DNA from: Folioceros fuciformis
Lineage: Eukaryota
Assembly (NCBI GenBank): GCA_049999805.1
Contig: JBNGIO010006289.1
Coordinates: forward strand, 45,980 to 65,979
Length of the DNA: 20,000 nucleotides
Reading direction: 5' to 3'
The notes under the pieces are model-generated. The model made no database searches, was not told where the DNA came from, and saw nothing but the letters and a program-made list of their open reading frames with translations. This document shows, piece after piece, positions 1 through 7,350 of this stretch (the first letter of the stretch is position 1; every line of letters begins with the position of its first letter). The position numbers were made by a program, and so were the translations under genes.

Positions 1-40
1 CATTTGCATTGTTCTAAACTCTCTCCTGTATCTGTCTCAG

Positions 41-3000
41 CGCAACAGGTGAACAAGGTGATAGACAAAGTTAACTCAGACATTGGCAAACGAGTTGAGT
101 ATTTGTTGAATACTGGCAACCTTGTGTCCCCTGGAGGCTTGGACTTGCAGCAGGTACTTCCCGGAGGCTTGGTTACTGTCTCTAGTCACTTCTGTTGCAT
201 CAAACGTTTGTTGCTGTGCTTTTTGCCAAAACATTTAAAGGCATCGCTGAGTAAGTCACTGTTCGTTACTTATCCAGACAAGTGGCTTTACCGTTGTTGC
301 CGAGAAACTCAATTTCTTGCGCTACTTGTCCCATTTCCGCTCCGTACATAGAGGAGCTTTCTTTGCAACGCTGCGGACAACAGCTGTCAGAAAATTACTT
401 CCTGAGTAAGTGCTCATTGCTGTTGATTCATATGGCTCTGGCTGCGCAGAAAGGGCTTGTCACTTGACTAATCTGTAATTTCTGCATGCAGATCTTGGGG
501 TTTCATGTGTCCTGTACACACACCCGATGGTTCTCCATGTGGTTTACTTATGCACCTCACTGCTGCTTGTCGTAAGGGCTTTTAACTCTGCTGCTATGGT
601 TTTCTGTACTTCCAAGAGCTATGAACTGAGTCTTGTGTGGACAGCAAGCCTAGTTGAGCTGATGTACTCCAGGAAGGTGTGTTGACTCATTTGGCTTGTG
701 GTGTGCTGCAGAAATCTCAAGCGATCTCGATTCAAAAAGTTGCTTGAAAGACCCATTGAGGGTTCGGAAGATTGTTTCTTCATTTCTGGTTGGGCTGGGG
801 ATGATTCCAGCTCATCCCAGATTAGGGCATGCGAGCCCGCCCGACTATCTCGCTGTCTTGTTGGATGGCAGAATCTTGGGGTACTTGCGTACATGTGATA
901 TCCCTCATGCAGTTTCGCAACTGCGTGATGCAAAGACCTCTCAGTCATCAGAGGTGAGCCTTCGAATGAAGTTTTTGCATCTGAAATAGGCAGCCAGCCA
1001 CGTGTCCTTACCTTTGGCCTAATCTTGGCTCTTAACAGATTCCTGAAGACTTGGAGGTTGGATATGTGCGATGCACACATGCGGGAGCATTTCCAGGTCT
1101 CTTTCTTGCGTCAACACCATCACGCTTTGTCCGTTCTGTAATGCAGTTGCCTGCTTCAGACGCACCTACTATAGAGCTTATTGGTCCTTTCGAACAGGTG
1201 AGGTATCTTCAAGTTCCTGAATGTATCTTTTGCAAATGGGGCAATGTGTTCTGGAACAATGGGTGCATGTTCTGTTTTGTAGGCTTATATTGACATAAAA
1301 TGCCTCGATGGAGGGAATGGTGGAAGTCCACAGGGAGCACCCGCACCTACACATCAAGAACTCAGTCCAACAGCAATGCTGAGTGTGGTTGCAAACTTGA
1401 CCCCCTGGTCAGATCACAATCAGAGCCCCAGGAACATGTATCAATGTCAGGTGTGCTTTCTGCTTTTATCTCGATAAGCAGAGTGAACCGTTGGGATCTG
1501 GCCTTGAAAGTGAAAAGGATTGCTGATGAAGTTGCTACGCAGATGGCCAAACAAACCATGGGTTTCCCTGCTCAGGCGCTCCAGTTTCGAGCTGATAACA
1601 AAATGTATCGACTTCAGGTGCATGGTTGCTTTTCACTTTTGTCCGCGAGCAATATCTTCTCGGCCCTTGTATCTTTTCACATGTTTGTTGTAGCTCTAAA
1701 ATTACCTCCCACGTGGGGGTCCCTGATGTCCGGCCCTGTAGTGCACTGATTTGCAAGTTTGTTGGTGTCTCCTGTTCAGAATCCTCAATCTCCTATTGCT
1801 CGGACGGGCACATATGTGAAGTATGGCTTGGATGAGTTCCCTAATGGCACAAATGCAGTGGTGGTTGTCATCTCGAACACCGGGTAATGACTGATCACTG
1901 TTTCATGCAAATTGCTTGAATCCTAAGGTAAGCCATACTGATACTTTTGGAGATTTTTGCCTCATACCTTTGTGTGGACAGCTATGACATGGAGGACGCT
2001 ATGATCATAAACAAGTCTTCCATGGAGCGTGGATTGGCACATGGACAAATATACAAGGTTGGCCATTCGTCGGCTTTCAGTCAACAGCTAATTCTCTCAG
2101 AGCCCGTTCACTTGCTTGCATGACTGATGCCGTTGTTTTTTGTGTCGCAGTCGGAGACAATAGATCTTACACGTTTGCGACGAAAAGGAGATGGCCTAGT
2201 GTATCAATTCAAAAAGGCTCAAGGGGGTAAAAAAGTACCTTATCTTGCTGCAAAGGACCAGTTTATTGATACAGATGGTCTGCCACATGTCGGACAGGTA
2301 TTTCAAACCTCACTTGACCTCCCACACTGGAGGGAAGTGCAAGCTTCCATAGTGTTGCAAAGTTATCTTTTACAACTTGTTGGGTTTCGGCAGGTGATGA
2401 AGGAAGGAGACCCTTACTGCAGTGTGATGAATACCATGGTCGGTACGCCAAAGCTCTCCAAAATCAAAGGCTCTGACACGGCAGTCGTGGATTATGTAGC
2501 AGCTATCGGCACAGGCCCAAAGGATCCAATGCAAAAGGTAGATATTGACTAAACTCATTTCGTCAACTGCTGGGCAGCTCTTGAAGGAAAGCCTGACTTA
2601 AACTGCTGAGTTGAATCAACAGGTGGCTATCCGGATGAGATATGGGAGGAATCCTGTCATCGGAGACAAGTTCAGCAGCAGACACGGACAGAAAGGAGTC
2701 CTATCACAATTGTGGCCTGACGTGAATATGCCATTCTCAGCAGTAACAGGGATGCGTCCTGACATCATAATCAACCCACATGCTTTTCCATCGAGGATGA
2801 CAATAGGAATGCTGGTCGAATTATTGGCTGCCAAGGTATTCATTTCCGAGTTCTGTGCACTGCAGTAACTTGATCGTCTTTTGTGCTTCCCATCTGGACC
2901 GCTTACTGACAAGGTGTCACTTGTCAGGCTGGTGCACTTCAAGGAAAGTTTGTTGACGCAACTCCTTTTAAGAAGAGTGAATCGCAGGGTGTTGGATCAG

Positions 3001-3636
3001 AAGCTCAGGTGGAGTCAACTGTGGATGAGTTTGGGAAGAAGCTAGCTTCCCTCGGCTTTGATTACTACGGAAATGAGGTCATGTATTGTGGTGAGCTGGG
3101 GACAGAGATGACCTGTGACATCTACATGGGTATTGTGTACTATCAACGACTCCGGCACATGGTTGGCGACAAGTATCAGGTATGGTACAAAGCCTTCATC
3201 TTAGAACTGATGCAAACTTTACCCGCATGCACTGACCCATGACCTTCCTTAGGTCCGGTCGTTGGGACCCGTAAACCCCATGACTCGACAACCCGTCAAA
3301 GGACGTAAGCTCGGAGGTGGAATTCGATTTGGGGAGATGGAGCGAGATGCACTCCTTGCCCATGGCGCAGCTTATTTACTACACGATAGGCTTCACGCAT
3401 GTTCTGACTATCACATTGCCGACGTTTGCTCCCTGTGTGGAAGTCTAATTTCGACTGCGCCCGTAATGGAGCCTACAGTATCTGGAGGGCTGGCCAAGAG
3501 GAAGAAAGTGATGTGCAGAGTCTGTAATACCTCCAAGGGGATAGAGAAAGTGGCGATACCGTATGTGTTCCGATATCTTGCAGCAGAGCTAGCAGCGATG
3601 AACATAAAACTCACATTAAAGGTTTCTGGACCTTAG
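41..3636 (+). CDS. NRPA2: DNA-directed RNA polymerase I second-largest subunit (RPA135/RPA2), 3' part (~760 aa in window; 5' exons lie upstream of the window)
   Basis: Manually spliced GT-AG exons 41-153, 278-405, 492-571, 712-953, 1039-1197, 1283-1450, 1543-1617, 1780-1883, 1982-2057, 2151-2297, 2394-2537, 2623-2835, 2928-3179 and 3253-3636 join in one frame. They give Pol I-type motifs [120 protein letters not shown], the clamp Zn site CSLC...CRVC and [16 protein letters not shown]. Stop is TAG at 3634-3636. Confidence 0.96.
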
Positions 3637-3720
3637 TTTTCGACCTTTTTCCCGATGCGGCGCTTTGTAAATGTTGAGAGAGCATTTCGATGCTTATTAG
3701 TCTGTAATCATTTTGTTCGT

Positions 3721-3771
3721 GGAAAACCCTCTCGACGTGTTATAAAAGCCTTAGGTAGCACCCTCTCTCAG
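3721..3771 (+). promoter_or_regulatory. Candidate core promoter of the F-box gene (TATA box with ACGT core and pyrimidine patch)
   Basis: TATAAAAG at 3741-3748, preceded by GACGTG (3734-3739) and AAAACCCT (3723-3730, telo-box-like), and followed by CCCTCTCTC. It lies ~130 nt before ATG 3873. Motif match only. Confidence 0.45.
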
Positions 3772-3872
3772 AAGTGAAATCCCGGTTTCAGGTTACCCTC
3801 CTTTTCCCTGGCCAGAACTGTGAAGTTGGGACGGAGCTGGAGTCCGCCGGTGATCGTCTGTCAGTGACCAGG

Positions 3873-5642
3873 ATGAATTTCTTCAGCATGGAGCTGTGCA
3901 ACGACTGTGTGAAGCGCGACTCGCTCGGGTGGAACTCTTTTGAGGAGTTGAACGAAGGGAAGGAGAGGGCATGCTCGCAGTGCGGAAGCCGGTTCAAGGG
4001 TCCCCATTTTCAGCTGAGAGTTTTGCAGGGTCATTTGCGGGAACCCTTGAATCCTCGTGGCCTCGAGATGAAGTCCTGTCAGTGGAGCGATTTGCCCGCA
4101 GAGTGTCTGCAACTAGTTTTGGCGAGGCTGTCGTTAGGCAGCCGCATCCGCTTCTCCGGAGTTTGCAAAGCCTGGCAGGCGTTCTTTGCATCGTCAACTT
4201 TTAAGCGCATGCGTGAGTCCGTGGAGCGTCCTGCACCTCCAGTCTGCATGCTGCAGCACAACCCCGGCAGCTTGTATCGTTTCGAGCCGTACCCTCAAGG
4301 GGTTTCTAGTGGAGCCCGGGACTTGGAGCGTGTTGAGATTGACTTATCCTTTCTTCCTCCCAAATTCCAAGCTTTCAATTTCCGACAATTCGTTGTGCAC
4401 AACGGGTTGGTCTGCATTTTCAAAGTTGACAGACGGGAGCCTGAAGGAACCAGGGTTGATACTGAGCTTTTCCAGTCTCTCCAGATGCATCTACAAGACA
4501 CGGATGAGGATGATGAGGACGAGGAGGCGGAACAGGAGCGGGAGGATGGAGGGGAGCAGAGGGATTACGAGGAGGACGAGGTTAGGGATCTGGAGGGATA
4601 TTTCACGGCAGAGGACGAGGAGGTATACCTCATGGTAGAGGAGGATGGGGAGGGATATTCGATGGCAGAGGATGTGGAAAGGTTTTTCATGGCAGAGGAC
4701 GAAGATTTTGATCTGGAGTACGAGGACGAGGACGAGATCGAGGATTATGACGAGGATGATGACGACTTTAATATTTATAATCCCCCCGTGATGAGGCGGA
4801 GAGAAGATGGAGTAGGGATGAGCTTCTGCGTTGTCAATCCTGTTATGAGAACATTCAAAGAACTGCCCCGGGAGTTTGGGGAGGATGAGGATTATTTTGA
4901 CCATCTATACGGATGGGTAGTCCAGCTTGAGGTGGATGAAAGCGGGCACTACAGAGTCATGGTTTTGTGTACGCGGAAAGATGTGCCAACTGTGACCATC
5001 TACAGGTCCACAGATAACAGCTGGGAATCCACGGCCCTGAGTTTTCCATTCTGGATCAGTGGCAACTATAATCCTCGCGAGCCCTGGCCTCAATATGTTT
5101 TGTGCAACGATGAACTGTGCACAGCAGGGAACAACTACAACGTCAAGATTCACGATCTGAAAAGCGGCCAGCTTGTTTGGGATCGGGACCTGGTGGGTGC
5201 ACACGAGAACGTGGAGCCGAGACAAATTTGCAATGTCTTCGCGTGGCGTGGGAAAATATTTTGCCTTGAACAAGACCTCGAGTGCAAGGACATGGATTTT
5301 GGGATTTGGGAGATTGAAAGGAGCCCGTTCGCCTGGCGGAAGGTGTCTGTCCTGCCAGAACATTTGCAGGAGATGCTCATGAATCGAGAGGTGCCCGAGA
5401 CGTTGATGGGACGAGGGTATTTTAGGTTCTCGCGGCCCTTGCTCACCTTGGATGGAGCTTCCCTGATCGTTGATACTCTTTACGTCTCTATTAGGAGAAG
5501 CTTTGACCCGTACGGTGGTTCGGAGGACTTGGTGGGGTTTAACATGCTGGACAATACATGGAACGTCATTTGCGAAGATTTGGGTACCTCAGTCTTGTCG
5601 CACGTGTCCCATCTTTATTTTCCAAATGACTTCGATGTGTAA
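3873..5642 (+). CDS. Intronless plant F-box protein (F-box plus kelch/FBA-like beta-propeller region) with N-terminal Cys4 motif and internal acidic insertion, ~589 aa
   Basis: The frame is open from 3774 (GTG) and the first ATG is at 3873. F-box motif WSDLPAECLQLVLARLSLGSRIRFSGVCKAW starts at 4083. Typical plant F-box C-terminal signatures are present: HNGLVCI, FCVVNPVMRTFKELP, YRVMVL, IYRSTDNSWE, WRKVSVLPE, FNMLDNTW. Stop is TAA at 5640-5642. Confidence 0.88.
   Translation: MNFFSMELCNDCVKRDSLGWNSFEELNEGKERACSQCGSRFKGPHFQLRVLQGHLREPLNPRGLEMKSCQWSDLPAECLQLVLARLSLGSRIRFSGVCKAWQAFFASSTFKRMRESVERPAPPVCMLQHNPGSLYRFEPYPQGVSSGARDLERVEIDLSFLPPKFQAFNFRQFVVHNGLVCIFKVDRREPEGTRVDTELFQSLQMHLQDTDEDDEDEEAEQEREDGGEQRDYEEDEVRDLEGYFTAEDEEVYLMVEEDGEGYSMAEDVERFFMAEDEDFDLEYEDEDEIEDYDEDDDDFNIYNPPVMRRREDGVGMSFCVVNPVMRTFKELPREFGEDEDYFDHLYGWVVQLEVDESGHYRVMVLCTRKDVPTVTIYRSTDNSWESTALSFPFWISGNYNPREPWPQYVLCNDELCTAGNNYNVKIHDLKSGQLVWDRDLVGAHENVEPRQICNVFAWRGKIFCLEQDLECKDMDFGIWEIERSPFAWRKVSVLPEHLQEMLMNREVPETLMGRGYFRFSRPLLTLDGASLIVDTLYVSIRRSFDPYGGSEDLVGFNMLDNTWNVICEDLGTSVLSHVSHLYFPNDFDV
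4593..4703 (+). repeat. Coding tandem repeat, 4 degenerate 27-30-bp units inside the acidic insertion of the F-box gene
   Basis: Units at 4593 GAGGGATATTTCACGGCAGAGGAC, 4620 GAGGTATACCTCATGGTAGAGGAG, 4650 GAGGGATATTCGATGGCAGAGGAT and 4677 GAAAGGTTTTTCATGGCAGAGGAC encode EGYFTAEDE / EVYLMVEEDG / EGYSMAEDV / ERFFMAEDE. Confidence 0.75.
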
Positions 5643-5802
5643 CCCCAGAAGGCCTATGCGGCCCTTCTGGGATTACCCCGGCACTGAGTATATGTGAGCA
5701 TGTGGATGCACTTCTAGAAATTTTGAAAAAGAAAAATAGACATCTTTAATGCGTCTGGGCGAAAAGGAAGAGAGGATTCTTCTCATCTTGAACTGGATGT
5801 CA

Positions 5803-5906
5803 TAGGCGGCCAGTTAGACGCTGCCTTGCGCGTCTCTCCGCCTATGGCCNNNNNNNNNNTAGGCGGCCAGTTAGACGCTGCCTTGCGCGTCTCTCCGCCT
5901 ATGGCC
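5803..5906. other. Assembly gap (10 N, 5850-5859) flanked by an identical 47-nt sequence
   Basis: TAGGCGGCCAGTTAGACGCTGCCTTGCGCGTCTCTCCGCCTATGGCC occurs at 5803-5849 and again at 5860-5906. Confidence 0.95.
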
Positions 5907-6146
5907 TAGAGTAGGATTAGGCGGCCTAGAGTAGATGTAGGTTAGATTACTGTGTCCTACAGTTGGATTAGGCATTTTGACATAGAGTAGGTGTAGGTAA
6001 GATCACTATGGCCTAGAGTAGGACTATGCATAGTGTAGGTATAGGTTGGATCAGGTTGTCCTAGAGTAGGACCAGGCATAGAGCAAGGCATAGGTTAGTT
6101 CAGCTTGGCCTAGAGTAGGGCTAGGCATAGAGTAGATATATAGGGT
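5903..6146. repeat. Minisatellite array A, ~48-bp unit, about 5 degenerate copies
   Basis: Approximate consensus GGCCTAGAGTAGGACTAGGCATAGAGTAGGTATAGGTTAGATCAGCTT. The anchor CCTAGAGTAGG recurs at ~5905, 6012, 6060 and 6109, with variants at 5925 and 5956. Confidence 0.85.
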
Positions 6147-6292
6147 AAACCTCTCTCCTCTTAGGAAGAATAAAGTGCATCACTTGCTATGGAGTTGGGT
6201 ATGGCACAATGTTCCATCTAATGAAGTTGGTGTGAAACCCAGGGCTCTTCCAGTTAAGCTTCAAACCACCATAATGAAACCCATCTAATTGC

Positions 6293-6854
6293 AGAGATGA
6301 AAACAAAATCACCACCAAAGAGAACTAGTCATCTAGCTTCAGACAAGAGAAGAAAACAAAACCACAACCCAAAGCGAACTAGCCATCACAACCAAAGCGA
6401 ACTAGCCATCACGGTAGCCTAGCTCCACGAAGGAAAACAAAACCGCAACCAAAAGGGGCTAGCCTAACCACATATAGGAAATCAAAACCACAACCAAAGG
6501 GGGCTAGGCTAACCGCATAGAGGAAATCAAAACCACAACCAAAGGGGGCTAGCCTAGCGTTGAAGAGGAAAACAAAACCATAATCAAAGGGGACTAGATT
6601 AGCTCCAAAGAGGAAAACAAAACCACAACCACAAAGGACTAGTTGTCAAAGTAGCCTAGCTCCTAAGAGAAAGCAAAACCATGCCGAAGTGGACTAGCCA
6701 AGCTCTAGAGAGGGAAACAAAACCACAACCAAAGGTGGACTAGCTGTAAAGTAGCCTAGCTCCTAGAAGAAAGCAAAACCACCACCACATTGGACTAGTC
6801 TAGTTGCAGAGAGGACAACAAAACCACAACCAAAGAGGACCAGCCATCACAACC
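6293..6854. repeat. Minisatellite array B, ~45-bp core unit, about 11 copies
   Basis: Consensus AGGAAAACAAAACCACAACCAAAGGGG(G/A)CTAGCCTAGC..., with units starting at 6431, 6476, 6521, 6566 and 6611 (exact 45-bp period). More divergent or longer copies start at ~6293, 6350, 6667, 6711, 6768 and 6812. Confidence 0.92.
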
Positions 6855-7350
6855 GGTAGAGGTGATAGATAGAATGTACTGGGTGGTAGATAGAATGTGC
6901 TGGTTAGCAATAAGCGTTCAACACAAGAATGTCTTAGCGTCAGCAACTATTTTAGTGAAACACAAAAATGTCTCCAACTATCCTGCTTGAGGTATTACAC
7001 ATCCACGTCACTTCACTTCATAAGTACTCTTTGTAGGCAATATACATGCATTTTCGACTGTGTCCAAGTGCCCTAAGCGTGGGAACCCTAAAGTACCTAC
7101 GTATATGTCATGATACAAGTTCAGAAGTAACAAGTCGCACAGACATTTTCGGTGGACTCTGACAAGACTTCTTCTCCTCTATGTAGAGCTGGTATCGCCT
7201 CTATTTTGCATTTATCGAGGCGTTCTTAGGGGTTTTGTCTTTGTGGACGCTCAGCGCAGTGATGAAACCTGCCTGATCGAAACCCCATGCCCAGCCGTAA
7301 AAAGAATGCCGCAACAAGACAACGCTCTGATCACTGCCTTTGAGCTCGTC

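Noticed and set aside
129..172. Near-duplicate CC(T/C)GGAGGCTTGG on either side of the first NRPA2 donor site
   Set aside because: Only ~13 nt and two copies. It is compatible with a small local duplication or chance and has no evident functional consequence.
3774..3872. N-terminal extension of the F-box ORF from GTG 3774
   Set aside because: It is a non-ATG start only ~25 nt after the TATA box, so it is more likely 5' UTR. The first ATG is at 3873.
5803..5906. 47-bp direct repeat as a biological duplication, target-site duplication or LTR remnant
   Set aside because: The two perfect copies abut a fixed-size 10-N gap, which is the typical signature of an unmerged scaffold overlap.
6293..6854. 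Regularly spaced AAAACAAAACCACAACC repeats resembling a CRISPR array
   Set aside because: The sequence between the cores is itself repeated rather than unique spacers, the context is eukaryotic with introns, and no cas genes are present.
7256..7337. Possible box C/D snoRNA: GTGATGA (7259-7265) ... CTGA (7327-7330) with 8-bp inverted ends GCAGTGAT/ATCACTGC
   Set aside because: The inverted repeat consumes the C box itself rather than flanking it, which is non-canonical K-turn geometry. I could not identify an rRNA/snRNA guide, and it lies antisense to the transporter 3' UTR. A snoscan/Infernal hit or small-RNA reads would be needed to revive it.
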